A stretch of 64,000 bases of DNA from Rhodoferax sp. (GCA_040400575.1 JBBAPX010000009.1:46334-110333), one strand, 5' to 3'. Shown: positions 39,656 through 49,616, counted from the stretch's first letter. The notes: generated by a model from the sequence alone, not told the origin. A program made the numbers and translations.

Positions 39656-41026
39656 ATGGCCCGCAATACCCAGGTCAGCGCTGACCACCATGCTCCCCCC
39701 GTCACCCGTTTGCTCGCCGAACTGATCGCCCAACATCCTTCGCGCGGCTGGTCCGATGCGGTGGACCATGCGGCGCACCGTACTTTTCTCAACTGGCTGG
39801 GCTGCGCGGTGGGTGCGGCGCAGCATGAGTCGGTCAACGCGGCGCTGGCAGCAGTGCAGATGCTCCAACCTGCGCCCCAAGCCAGCCTGCTCGGGCGCAC
39901 CGAGAAAGTGGACATGGCTAGCGCTGCCTTGATCAACGGCATTAGCTCGCATACCTTTGACTTTGACGACACCCACCTCAAGACCATCATCCACCCGGCC
40001 GGGCCGGTGGCCTCGGCCTTGCTGGCTTTGGCTGAACACCAGGGCAGCAGCGGGCGCGCTTTAATCGACGCCTTGGTGCTGGGCATTGATGTGTCCTGCC
40101 GCATCGGCAACGCGATGTACCCGGACCACTACGACCGGGGCTGGCATATCACCGGTTCGACCGGCACGGTGGGGGCTGCTGCGGCGTGTGCGCGTTTGCT
40201 GGGCCTAGGGGTTGACCAAGCGGCCATGGCCCTGGGCATTGCCGCTTCGCAGCCCATTGGCATGCGCGAGCAGTTTGGCAGTATGACCAAGCCTTTTCAT
40301 CCGGGCGGCGCGGCGCGTGCCGGACTGATGTCGGCCTTGCTGGCTCAGCAAGGCTTTACCGCCAGCCCGCGCGCCCTGGAAGCGCCGCGCGGCATGATGC
40401 AGACCATCTCCACCAAAAACGACTGGTCCGAAATCACCGGCGAGCTTGGTCAGCGCTTTGAAATTGCGTTCAACACCTTTAAGCCTTTTGCCTGCGGTAT
40501 CGTGGTGCATCCGGGCATTGACGGCTGCGCGCAATTGCGGGCACAAGGCGTGCGCCCTGAGCAAATTGCATCCTTAGAAATCAAAGTGCATTCCTTGGTG
40601 CTGGAGCTCTGCGGCAAAAAAGAACCGGCCGATGGCCTGCAAGCCAAGTTCAGCATCTACCACGGTTGCGCTGCGGGTTTGATGTTTGGGTGTGCAGGCG
40701 AGGAGGAGTTTTCAGATGCCGTGGTTGCCCGGGCGGACATGGTGGCCTTGCGCCGCAAAGTGTTCGCCACCGTGGACGACAGCATTGACGAAGCCGCGGC
40801 CGACATCACGGCCGTGCTGCAAGATGGAAGCCGCGTACACCTGCGCGTGGAACACGCGATTGGCTGTGTGCAAAACCCGATGACCGATGCGCAGTTGGAG
40901 GCCAAATTCCACGGTTTGTCTGACCCGGTGATTGGCGCGGCGCACAGTGCGGACTTGATACAGGCCGCATGGGCTCTTGGCGATGCGCCTAGTGTGCAGG
41001 CACTGGTCGCCTTGGCACGCCCATAA
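39656..41026 (+). CDS. MmgE/PrpD family protein
   Basis: AALINGISSHTFDFDDTH, IHP, GWHIT, TKPFH, KPFACG, AKFS. Confidence 0.93.
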   Translation: MARNTQVSADHHAPPVTRLLAELIAQHPSRGWSDAVDHAAHRTFLNWLGCAVGAAQHESVNAALAAVQMLQPAPQASLLGRTEKVDMASAALINGISSHTFDFDDTHLKTIIHPAGPVASALLALAEHQGSSGRALIDALVLGIDVSCRIGNAMYPDHYDRGWHITGSTGTVGAAAACARLLGLGVDQAAMALGIAASQPIGMREQFGSMTKPFHPGGAARAGLMSALLAQQGFTASPRALEAPRGMMQTISTKNDWSEITGELGQRFEIAFNTFKPFACGIVVHPGIDGCAQLRAQGVRPEQIASLEIKVHSLVLELCGKKEPADGLQAKFSIYHGCAAGLMFGCAGEEEFSDAVVARADMVALRRKVFATVDDSIDEAAADITAVLQDGSRVHLRVEHAIGCVQNPMTDAQLEAKFHGLSDPVIGAAHSADLIQAAWALGDAPSVQALVALARP

Positions 41027-41041
41027 AACGTGCGTACTGCC

Positions 41042-42025
41042 ATGGACAAACCGCATATCGTCGTGCTGGGTGATGCCGAGCAAGCGATGCGCCGCTTGGG
41101 CGACTGGCAAGCCGTAGACCACGCTGCGCGGGTAAGCGTACACCACCTGCCGTTGCACGGTGCCGCGCTGCTGGCAGCCATGCAAGAGGCCGACGTTTTG
41201 GTGCTGTTGCGCGACCGCATCCCATTGGACGCGGCGACGATTGCGCAACTGCCGCGCTTGCGTTACCTGGTGTTTACCGGCTCGCGCAACACGACCTTGG
41301 ATGCGGCCGCCCTGGCAGCGCGCGGCATACCGGTAAGCCATACCGAATGGGGTCCATCCAAAGACAGTACCTGCGAACTCACCTGGGCGCTGATACTGGC
41401 TGCTACGCGCCAATTGACCGAGTACAGCGCCTTGCTGGCGCAAGGCCAATGGCGCGCAGCCGCACCGCAAGCCTTGCCCGGCGTGCTGCATGGCGAGGTA
41501 TTGGGCTTGGTGGGCTTGGGCGAGATCGGCAGACGCGTTGCGCTGGTCGGCAAGGCTTTGGGCATGCAGGTCCTGACCTGGAGCCCGAATATGACGTCCG
41601 AGCGCGCCGCTGTGCACGGCGTGCAGGCCGTGGTCCTGGATGAATTGCTTTCGCGCGCCAAAGTGCTGAGCTTGCATCTGGTGCCCTCGGCGACGACCCG
41701 TCATCTCATCAATGCCGAAAGCCTTGCGCAGATGCGGCCCGACAGCCTGCTGGTCAATACCTCGCGTGCTGCCTTGATAGATACCGGCGCATTGGTCCAC
41801 GCCTTGCGCGCTGGCCGTATCGGCATGGCGGCTCTCGATGTGTTCGATACCGAGCCCCTGCCTGCGGACAGCGTTTTGCGCGACTGCCCGCGTCTTTTGC
41901 TCACACCGCACCTGGGCTTTGTGGTGGAGCCGGTATACCAAACCTTTGCCTATGGCGTGCTGCAATGCCTGCAGGCTTGGCTGACCGGGCAGCCCTTGCC
42001 CCGGCTTTTGAAAGCGGTGACATGA
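41042..42025 (+). CDS. D-2-hydroxyacid dehydrogenase family (start 41030 or 41042)
   Basis: GLVGLGEIG, VNTSRA, ALDVFD.EP, LTPHLG. Confidence 0.92.
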   Translation: MDKPHIVVLGDAEQAMRRLGDWQAVDHAARVSVHHLPLHGAALLAAMQEADVLVLLRDRIPLDAATIAQLPRLRYLVFTGSRNTTLDAAALAARGIPVSHTEWGPSKDSTCELTWALILAATRQLTEYSALLAQGQWRAAAPQALPGVLHGEVLGLVGLGEIGRRVALVGKALGMQVLTWSPNMTSERAAVHGVQAVVLDELLSRAKVLSLHLVPSATTRHLINAESLAQMRPDSLLVNTSRAALIDTGALVHALRAGRIGMAALDVFDTEPLPADSVLRDCPRLLLTPHLGFVVEPVYQTFAYGVLQCLQAWLTGQPLPRLLKAVT

Positions 42026-44652
42026 GGCAATCGATGTGGTCTTTGGGCTGGCGCACTTTGTGGTGCGATGTGCGATCGGGCGAATTGCGCTTGCTGGTGG
42101 TGGCGGTCACACTGGCGGTGGCTGCCCTCACCGCGGTGGGATTTTTTGCGGACCGTTTGCAAGCCGGTTTGCAGCGCGACGCGCGCCAGCTGCTCGGTGG
42201 TGACGCCGTGATTGCCAGCGACCGCCCGGCTCCCTCTTTCTTTGCAGAACAAGCCCGCACCTTGGGCCTGGCGATAGTGAATACCCAAGGCTTTCCCACT
42301 ATGGCCCGCAGTACCCAAGAACAAGGCGGTAACAGCAAGTTGGTGGCCTTGAAATCGGTGGAGCAGGGTTACCCCTTGCGTGGCACCTTGCGCATTGCGG
42401 ACGCGCCCGGTGCGCCGGAGCGGCCCGCACGCGGCATACCCGCGCCAGGGACGGTCTGGGTGGATGCGCAATTGCTCGATGCGCTGGGCATTGGCGTAGG
42501 GGACAGCCTGCTTTTGGGTGAACGCAGCTTGCAGGTACAGGCCGTCATCGTGATCGAGCCGGACCGCGGCGCGGGCTTTATGAATTTTTCGCCGCGTGTC
42601 ATGGTCAACAGCCAAGACCTGGCTTCCACCGCCCTGGTGCAGCCTGCTAGCCGCATCAATTACCGTTTGGCGGTTGCCGGCGAGGACGCGCAAATCAAGC
42701 GTTTTGTGGATGCTGCCAACCAGCGCATCAAAGTCGGTCACGCAGTGGAGTCCGAGACCATTGCCCAGGTCGCTGCACCTGCCAGCGATAAGGCGAACAG
42801 CACCGGGACGTCTGCCGTTGAACAGGATAAGGGCGCAGCCAATCCGGAACCATTGCGCGGCGTGCGCATCGAGTCCACCCAAACCGGTCGCCCCGAAATG
42901 GGGCAGACCCTGGGCCGTGCGGAGAAATTTCTTTCCCTGGTGGCTTTGCTGGCCGCTTTGCTCAGTGCGGTGGCGGTGGCGCTGGCGGCGCGCTCGTTTG
43001 CTGCCAAGCATCTGGACGACTGCGCCATGCTGCGCGTGTTGGGCCAAAGCCAGCGCACGATTGCCGGGGCCTATGCCTGGGAATTTGCGTTGGTGGGCTT
43101 GTTTGCCAGCGCGCTAGGTGTGTGTATTGGTTTTGGCGTGCATTATTTGTTTGTACTGCTTCTGGCCGGTTTGGTGGACGCGCAACTGCCCCAGGCCAGT
43201 CTGGCCCCGGCTGCGCTGGGCCTGGGCATGGGGTTAACGCTTTTGTTTGCTTTTGGCTTGCCGCCGGTATTGCAATTGGCACAGGTGCCGCCCTTGCGCG
43301 TGATCCGCCGCGACGTGGGCAATTTGCGCCCCGCATCTCTCGGCGTGCTGGCCCTGGGGGTGAGCGGTTTTGCCGCCTTGCTATTGGTTGTTAGCAGCGA
43401 TTTGAAGCTAGGGTTGATTGCGGTTGCCGGTTTTGCCGGTGCGGTGCTGGTGTTCGCGCTGCTCAGTTGGCTGGCCGTCAAGCTTTTGCGCGCTAGCGTG
43501 AACGAAAGCAGTGCGCCGCGTGCGCTCGTGCTAGCCACGAGACAGATAGCGGCGCGTCCCGCATTTACCGTGGTGCAGGTCAGTGCCTTGTCGGTGGGCT
43601 TGCTGGCACTGGTGCTGCTGGTGCTGCTGCGCACCGATTTGATCGCCAGTTGGCGCAAAGCCACACCGCCCGATGCACCTAACCGTTTTGTGATCAATGT
43701 CAGCCCCGAGCAGTCCGCAGCTTTCGTGCAAAGCCTGCAAGACGCCGGCGTTAAAAAGTTTGACTGGTACCCCATGATCCGGGGCCGCTTGGTTGCTATC
43801 AATGGAACCAGCGTATCGTCCGAGACTTATACCGAAGACTTTGCCAAGCGACTGGTGGACCGCGAATTCAACATCAGCTACAGCGCCCAGCAACCGGATA
43901 ACAATCTGATTGTTGGCGGCCAGTGGACGCCCGAAGAGGCCGGCGCCATCAGCATGGAAGAGGGTATTGCCACCACGCTCGGTCTGCAAGTGGGTGACAC
44001 CTTGCGCTTTGATATGGCCGGGGTCACCGTGGACTCCAAGATTACCTCGCTGCGCAAAGTGGATTGGGGCTCGATGCGAGCCAATTTTTATGCGCTCTAT
44101 CCGGTGAGTGCCCTGGAAGGTGTGCCCGCGACCTTTATGGGCTCTTTCAAAGCGCCTGCGCAGGCCGGTTTTGACAATGCGCTGGTACGCCGCTTTCCCA
44201 ATGTCACCAACGTGGATATGAGCGCCACGATTAACCAGGTGCAGCGCGTCCTGGACCAAGTGATACGCGCGGTAGAGTTTTTGTTTGGCTTTACTTTGGC
44301 GGCCGGCCTAGTGGTTTTGTTTGCAGCGGTAAGCGCTACGCGTGAAGAGCGCGCGCGCGAGTTCGCCATCATGCGGGCGGTGGGCGCGCAAAACAGTTTG
44401 CTACGGCAGGTGCAAAGGCTGGAGCTGGCGGGCGTTGGCTTGTTGGCCGGTTTTCTGGCCTCTGTGGTGGCAAGCGTCCTGGGTTGGGCTTTGGCGCGCT
44501 ATGTGTTTGAGTTTTCCTGGACGGTCTCTTTATGGGTGCCTGTGCTGGGTGCACTGGCCGGTGCGGTGCTGGCCTTGATGGCCGGTTGGTGGGGATTGCG
44601 CGAAGTGCTGAGTCGCCCGGTAGTCGAAACCTTGCGTAAAGCGGCAGTCTGA
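42022..44652 (+). CDS. ABC transporter permease, YbbP/FtsX-like
   Basis: Two FtsX-like halves; ALKSVEQGYPLRG, PNRFVINV, AIMRAVGA; ATGA overlap; start re-called to 42022. Confidence 0.9.
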   Translation: MRQSMWSLGWRTLWCDVRSGELRLLVVAVTLAVAALTAVGFFADRLQAGLQRDARQLLGGDAVIASDRPAPSFFAEQARTLGLAIVNTQGFPTMARSTQEQGGNSKLVALKSVEQGYPLRGTLRIADAPGAPERPARGIPAPGTVWVDAQLLDALGIGVGDSLLLGERSLQVQAVIVIEPDRGAGFMNFSPRVMVNSQDLASTALVQPASRINYRLAVAGEDAQIKRFVDAANQRIKVGHAVESETIAQVAAPASDKANSTGTSAVEQDKGAANPEPLRGVRIESTQTGRPEMGQTLGRAEKFLSLVALLAALLSAVAVALAARSFAAKHLDDCAMLRVLGQSQRTIAGAYAWEFALVGLFASALGVCIGFGVHYLFVLLLAGLVDAQLPQASLAPAALGLGMGLTLLFAFGLPPVLQLAQVPPLRVIRRDVGNLRPASLGVLALGVSGFAALLLVVSSDLKLGLIAVAGFAGAVLVFALLSWLAVKLLRASVNESSAPRALVLATRQIAARPAFTVVQVSALSVGLLALVLLVLLRTDLIASWRKATPPDAPNRFVINVSPEQSAAFVQSLQDAGVKKFDWYPMIRGRLVAINGTSVSSETYTEDFAKRLVDREFNISYSAQQPDNNLIVGGQWTPEEAGAISMEEGIATTLGLQVGDTLRFDMAGVTVDSKITSLRKVDWGSMRANFYALYPVSALEGVPATFMGSFKAPAQAGFDNALVRRFPNVTNVDMSATINQVQRVLDQVIRAVEFLFGFTLAAGLVVLFAAVSATREERAREFAIMRAVGAQNSLLRQVQRLELAGVGLLAGFLASVVASVLGWALARYVFEFSWTVSLWVPVLGALAGAVLALMAGWWGLREVLSRPVVETLRKAAV

Positions 44653-44663
44653 ATGCGCAAGCG

Positions 44664-45833
44664 CTAGGCGCTTGCTGGCCTTGGTTGCGCGAATTTGCTG
44701 TTCGTCGCGCCCTTGGGTGCGGCTTTGCGCTTGGCGCGGGCAAAGTCCCACCACGGCAATACCTTGCGCAAGGCGCGCACCTGACCGCTTAGTTCGGGGG
44801 TGTAGCCGCTGAGCTGCGCTAGCGAGTCGGTCCACGCGCTGCTTTGCAAAAGTTGGCGCAGGCTTTTCAAGGCTGGCTCGTCCAAGGCGGACTTCAGGCA
44901 AACCAGGTGGTAACTTTCTTGCACCAGGGGCAAAAAATGCAAGCCTTGGGCGGTTGCGGCGGCAGCAATGCCCAGCCCAGCATCGGCACTGCCTGAGGCG
45001 ATAGCTTGTGCCACGGCGCTGTGGCTCGGTTCGGTACGCTGATAGCCATGGATGCAATCGCCCACTAGGCCTGCTTGCTGGAGCAATTGGTCAAAGACCA
45101 CGCGGGTCCCGGTGCCTAAAGCACGGTTGACGTAACGCACGCTGGCTTGCTGCACATCGGCTAGGCGGGAAATATCCAATGGATTGCCGGGGGCCAGCAT
45201 CAAGCCTTGCATTCGGGTGGCAAAGCCGATAATTTTGTGCTCACCCGGCTGCAACAGGGGCTTGTAAGTACGCTCGGTCAGTGAGCCTGGCGCCGGGCTT
45301 TGGATCGTATGAAAACCGGCCAGGGTGCAACGCCCTTCGTTGAGCGCGCGAATCGCATCGACACTGCCGCAAAACCGGATGTCCAGGTGCAGCCGCTCCC
45401 CGATGTCCTGCCCGATCGCCAGTGCCTGCTCGCGCAGCAAGGCCAGGCCGTCATCATGGCTGGCATACAGCGTCAGCACCTGTGCGTGCGCATCAAAAGC
45501 GACTGCAAATGCGGTCTCTAGGTCGGCCCGCAAGGCTTCTATCTGCGGTGCAAGGCGGGCCTGCGCCTGCCGCTCGGCCCACATCAGCTTCTCCCCGAAG
45601 GCGCTCAGACGTGCTGACTTGCCCTTGTCCCACTGCAGCAATTCATTACCCAATTCGTTTTCCCAGCGCTTGAGTTCACCCCAGACATGCCGGTAAGACA
45701 GCCCCAGGGCGCGGGCTGCCGCGCTGATGGAGCCTTGGCTGGCCACCGCTTGCAGCAGTTCGATCAGCGCATTGCGCACGGGCCTGGTTTGCGCATCGCG
45801 GCTCAGGGTGTAATGAAAGGCTAGCCTATGCAC
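44664..45833 (-). CDS. ModE/LysR-type HTH regulator fused to periplasmic-binding-type (molybdate/tungstate-sensing) domain
   Basis: GSISAAARALGLSYRHVWG HTH; ASHD, GS.DA, VNRALGTGTR, SHSAVAQAI. Confidence 0.82.
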   Translation of the reverse strand: MHRLAFHYTLSRDAQTRPVRNALIELLQAVASQGSISAAARALGLSYRHVWGELKRWENELGNELLQWDKGKSARLSAFGEKLMWAERQAQARLAPQIEALRADLETAFAVAFDAHAQVLTLYASHDDGLALLREQALAIGQDIGERLHLDIRFCGSVDAIRALNEGRCTLAGFHTIQSPAPGSLTERTYKPLLQPGEHKIIGFATRMQGLMLAPGNPLDISRLADVQQASVRYVNRALGTGTRVVFDQLLQQAGLVGDCIHGYQRTEPSHSAVAQAIASGSADAGLGIAAAATAQGLHFLPLVQESYHLVCLKSALDEPALKSLRQLLQSSAWTDSLAQLSGYTPELSGQVRALRKVLPWWDFARAKRKAAPKGATNSKFAQPRPASA

Positions 45834-45882
45834 GGTGTTACATATCGCAAGGGTTTGGTCAACGCCCTACGATAACGCAGTT

Positions 45883-46617
45883 ATGCAATCTTTTTCCGAC
45901 AGTGCGCTTTTGGCCTTGCAGCTGCTGGTTTCGCTGGATCCCTTGTTTTTCGCTATTGTGGGCCGCTCTTTGGCGGTGAGTGCTTGCGCTTGCCTGCTGG
46001 CTTGCGGCCTGGGACTGGTGCTGGGCGCCTGGCTGGGTGTGGCCCGGTTTGCTGGGCGGGGCCTGGTGTTGACGCTGCTCAACACTGCGCTGGCCGTGCC
46101 CTCGGTGGTGGTCGGTTTGGTGGTGTATTTGCTGCTGTCGCGCTCGGGCCCCCTGGGCCATCTGGGCTGGTTGTTTAGCTTCAAAGCCATGGTGCTGGCG
46201 CAGGCGGTGCTGGTGCTGCCGGTAGCCACCGCATTGACGCGCCAGGTGGTGCAAGACGCCGAGCAGTCGCACGGAGAGCAACTGCAATCCCTGGGCGCGG
46301 GGCGCTGGATGCGCAGTGGCTTGTTGGCCTGGGATGAGCGCCATGCTTTGCTGGTCGTGCTGCTGGCAGCTTTTGGCCGTGCGATTTCCGAAGTCGGCGC
46401 GGTGATGGTGGTGGGTGGCAATATTGAAGGCTTTACCCGGGTGATGACGACCGCCATCGCCTTGGAGACTTCTAAAGGCGACTTGCCCTTAGCCCTGGCT
46501 CTGGGGTTTGCCCTGCTGATGGTGGTGCTGTTGCTCAATGCACTGGTAGCACTATTGCAACGTTGGGGGCAGGGCGGCGGCTTGCGCATGGGCACCTCGG
46601 GGGCGGTGGTGTTGTGA
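45883..46617 (+). CDS. tupB: Tungstate ABC transporter permease
   Basis: FGRAISEVGAVMVVGGNIEGFTRVMTTAIALETSKGD signature; start re-called to 45883. Confidence 0.88.
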   Translation: MQSFSDSALLALQLLVSLDPLFFAIVGRSLAVSACACLLACGLGLVLGAWLGVARFAGRGLVLTLLNTALAVPSVVVGLVVYLLLSRSGPLGHLGWLFSFKAMVLAQAVLVLPVATALTRQVVQDAEQSHGEQLQSLGAGRWMRSGLLAWDERHALLVVLLAAFGRAISEVGAVMVVGGNIEGFTRVMTTAIALETSKGDLPLALALGFALLMVVLLLNALVALLQRWGQGGGLRMGTSGAVVL

Positions 46618-47357
46618 ACGCACAAGTGCAGGTCGTGCAAGCCGGTGTGCAGTTCGGGCCGGATGGTCGCAGCCTCAGGCGCTGGCGCACAAACACAGTG
46701 GCTGCTTTGGAAGGAGTAAGCTTTTCCATCGCATCGGGTGAACGGCTAGCCTTGGTCGGCGCCAACGGCGCGGGTAAAAGTACCTTGCTGCGCCTGCTGC
46801 ACGGCTTGCTGATGCCAGGCGCGGGCCGCGTTCAGCCGCAAAGCGGCTTGCGCCAGGCGATGTTGTTTCAGCGGCCCCACATGCTGCGTATGCGCGTGGA
46901 CAGCCAATTGGCACTGGGCCTGTGGCTGCGCGGCACGCCCTGGCGGCAGGCGCGCCAGCGAATCACGGCGATCTTGGAGCAATTTGAGCTGCAGGAACTG
47001 GCCGCGCGCAAGGCGCACACTTTGTCTGGTGGGCAGCAGCAGCGCGTCGCCATGGCGCAGGCCTGGGCCATGGAGCCGCAAATGTTGTTGCTAGATGAAC
47101 CCACCGCCAGCCTGGATCCGCATGCCAAGGCTGAAGTGGAAAGTCTGTTGCGGGCTTTTTCGCAGTCACGACCACAGGCCAGCTTGGTATTTGCCAGCCA
47201 CAACCTAGGTCAGGTCAAACGACTGGCGACGCGGGTGCTGTATCTCGAGCGCGGGCGTTTGCTGGCTGACCTGCCCGTCGATGATTTTTTTGATTCTGAG
47301 TGCTTGCAGGCGCAATGTCCCTCGGCCTATTGGTTTGTAAAAGGAGAACACTTATGA
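46614..47357 (+). CDS. tupC: Tungstate ABC transporter ATP-binding protein
   Basis: GANGAGKST, LSGGQQQR, LLDEPT; GTGA overlap with tupB. Confidence 0.82.
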   Translation: MNAQVQVVQAGVQFGPDGRSLRRWRTNTVAALEGVSFSIASGERLALVGANGAGKSTLLRLLHGLLMPGAGRVQPQSGLRQAMLFQRPHMLRMRVDSQLALGLWLRGTPWRQARQRITAILEQFELQELAARKAHTLSGGQQQRVAMAQAWAMEPQMLLLDEPTASLDPHAKAEVESLLRAFSQSRPQASLVFASHNLGQVKRLATRVLYLERGRLLADLPVDDFFDSECLQAQCPSAYWFVKGEHL

Positions 47358-48163
47358 AACGTTTTTTATGGACATCTGTGGCGGCTATGGTTTTGTGTAT
47401 TGCGCCAATGGCGACGCTGGCCCAGACCCCTATCGTGATGGCCTCTACCACGTCTACCGAGCAGTCCGGATTGTTTGGGCACCTGTTGCCGGCCTTTAAC
47501 AAAGCGACGGGGGTAGAACTTAAGGTCGTGGCTTTAGGTACCGGTCAGGCTATCGACATGGGCCGACGCGGTGATGCTGACGTTTTGTTCGTCCACGACC
47601 AGGCAGCGGAGGAAAAATTTGTCGCAGAAGGCTTTGCACTCAAGCGCTTTGCAGTGATGTACAACGATTTTGTGCTGGTGGGCCCGGCAATAGACCCGGC
47701 GCAAACCAAGGGCGTGGACATTGTGCAAGCCCTGTCCAAAATCGCCGCAGGCAACAAGGCCTTTGTATCGCGTGGCGACAAAAGCGGTACGCATGCCGCC
47801 GAACTGCGCTTTTGGAAAATGACGGCTGCCGAGCAGGCCAAGGGTAGCGGCTACCGGGAGTGCGGCTGCGGCATGGGCCAGGCGCTCAATATGGCGGCGG
47901 CTACCGGCGCTTATGTGCTGACGGACCGAGGTACTTGGTTGAGCTTTAAGAATCGTGCCGATTTACAAGTGCTGGTGCAGGGCGACCAGCGTTTGTTCAA
48001 CCAATACGGCGTGCTGGCCGTGAACCCGGCCAAGCATCCGCATGTCAAGGCGCAGGACGCGCAAAAATTTGTTGATTGGGTGCTGTCCCCCGCAGGCCAG
48101 GCCGTGATCGCCGCCTACCGGATTGATGGGCAGCAGTTGTTTTTCCCGAACGCCGGAAAATAG
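47354..48163 (+). CDS. tupA: Tungstate ABC transporter substrate-binding protein
   Basis: MASTTSTEQSG (TTS), GTGQA, MYNDF, SRGDKSGTH..E, DRGTW; start re-called to 47354. Confidence 0.9.
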   Translation: MKRFLWTSVAAMVLCIAPMATLAQTPIVMASTTSTEQSGLFGHLLPAFNKATGVELKVVALGTGQAIDMGRRGDADVLFVHDQAAEEKFVAEGFALKRFAVMYNDFVLVGPAIDPAQTKGVDIVQALSKIAAGNKAFVSRGDKSGTHAAELRFWKMTAAEQAKGSGYRECGCGMGQALNMAAATGAYVLTDRGTWLSFKNRADLQVLVQGDQRLFNQYGVLAVNPAKHPHVKAQDAQKFVDWVLSPAGQAVIAAYRIDGQQLFFPNAGK

Positions 48164-48227
48164 GCAGCCGCGCGGCCGGAGCACGCCACGACCAAGTTAG
48201 CATCCCGCCCACATTATTGGAGCTTTC

Positions 48228-49217
48228 TTGGATACCTTTGCAAACGACAACATTACTCGCCGGCAGCTCTTACTTGGCGCCATCGCCTGTTTGCCAGGGC
48301 TGGCATGGGCCGATACCTGGCCCAGCAAGCCGCTGCGCCTGGTAGTGCCTTTCGCGCCCGGCGGCAGCTCTGAAATTGTGGCCCGCGCCCTGGCTGGTGA
48401 GATGGCCAAGACCATTGGGCAAAATGTGTTTGTAGAAAACAAGCCCGGGGCTGCAGGCAATATTGCGATGCAAGAAGTCGCCAATTCAACCGATGAACAC
48501 ACCCTCATCCTGGGCCATATCGGCACGCTGGCGGTCAACCCCTACATCTTTGCCAAACTGCCCTACGACCCGAACAAAGACTTCGCGCCGATCACGCTGG
48601 TTGCCAAAGTGCCCAGCCTGTATGTGGTGCACCCGGACCTGCCGGTAAAGAACCTCAAGGAATTTATAGCCTACGCCAAATCCAAGCCCGGCCAACTCAA
48701 TTACGGCTCTGCGGGCAACGGGAGCGCGGGTCATTTGGCCTTTGAATACCTCAAAATGATCACCGAAACCTTTATGGTGCATGTTCCCTACCGCGGTACA
48801 GGCCCCATGCTGACCGACTTGATGGCCGGGCGTTTGGATGCTGCTGCGGTGGGCGCGCCTGCGCTGCTGCAGTTCATCAAAGCGGGCAAGCTGCGCTGTA
48901 TCGCTACCGGCACGAGTGCGCGTTTGCCCCAGCTACCCGACGTTGCCACCGTGGCAGAGCAAGGCTTCAAAGGCTTTGAAATGACGCAGTGGTACGGTCT
49001 GATGGCCCCCAGCAAAATGGCCAAAGCCAATATCGACAAGCTGGAAAAAGAAGCCATGGCCGCGACCCGAACCAAGCTGGTTCAGGACAAACTCAGCCAA
49101 GACTCCGCGCTGGCCGTGGGCGATACCCGCGCTGAGTTTGAGGCCTTCATCAAACAAGAACAAGCGCGCTGGAAGCCCGTAATTGCGCGTGCCCAAATCA
49201 AGCCAGACGGCTTGTAA
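48228..49217 (+). CDS. Bug/TctC substrate-binding protein
   Basis: VVPFAPGGSSE, ENKPGAAG, YGSAGNGS, HVPYRG, WYGL. Confidence 0.93.
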   Translation: MDTFANDNITRRQLLLGAIACLPGLAWADTWPSKPLRLVVPFAPGGSSEIVARALAGEMAKTIGQNVFVENKPGAAGNIAMQEVANSTDEHTLILGHIGTLAVNPYIFAKLPYDPNKDFAPITLVAKVPSLYVVHPDLPVKNLKEFIAYAKSKPGQLNYGSAGNGSAGHLAFEYLKMITETFMVHVPYRGTGPMLTDLMAGRLDAAAVGAPALLQFIKAGKLRCIATGTSARLPQLPDVATVAEQGFKGFEMTQWYGLMAPSKMAKANIDKLEKEAMAATRTKLVQDKLSQDSALAVGDTRAEFEAFIKQEQARWKPVIARAQIKPDGL

Positions 49218-49289
49218 GCTGCCGTACGGGCGGCAATTCAAGGCGTGTGGGGCATGCGTGCGCGTACGCGAGTAATTCGCCGCCCAGCG

Positions 49290-49336
49290 CCCTAAGCCTG
49301 GCTGCAGAAAGCAGCATTTCGCCTTAGGCCTTAGGG
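49290..49336. other. Long intergenic hairpin
   Basis: ccctaagcct (49290-49299) pairs with aggccttaggg (49326-49336, one bulge); inner gctgc-agaaa-gcagc. Confidence 0.45.
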
Positions 49337-49533
49337 GTTCCTATTTAGCGTGCCCAAGCCTGGCAACTGGCGCTACACCGAACCACTACCGACAAGCTGT
49401 TTGCGCCAAAGCGTTCAGCCCGGCTAGCTAAGTTTGGTGGTGAAGGCGGCAACGGAGAGTTCGGTAGGCCACATTTGCGAAGTGTTTTAAAGATATAAAA
49501 AGTATCGTTTGAATATTCCTTTGCATGGTTTTT

Positions 49534-49556
49534 GTTTGTAAAAAATTAATACAAAC
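49534..49556. promoter_or_regulatory. Inverted repeat, candidate operator for TonB-receptor operon
   Basis: GTTTGTA-N9-TACAAAC in AT-rich DNA about 60 bp upstream of ATG 49617. Confidence 0.5.
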
Positions 49557-49616
49557 TGCAACGCGTAAGGCCAGTCGGCGCTAGTTGGAACACCCCACAT
49601 TTACGCGAGAAAAAAA

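Noticed and set aside
40657-44259. Long antisense/alternate-frame ORFs (e.g. 40712-41965, 41950-43047, 43143-43802); also 15316-16164 and 30221-31066
   Set aside because: Shadow ORFs of well-supported genes, expected in GC-rich DNA; no family motifs.
49285-49340. Moco/Tuco riboswitch (cctaag ... gaaa) near tup genes
   Set aside because: It lies downstream of tup and a Bug gene, and other conserved elements of the motif were not found; kept only as a hairpin.
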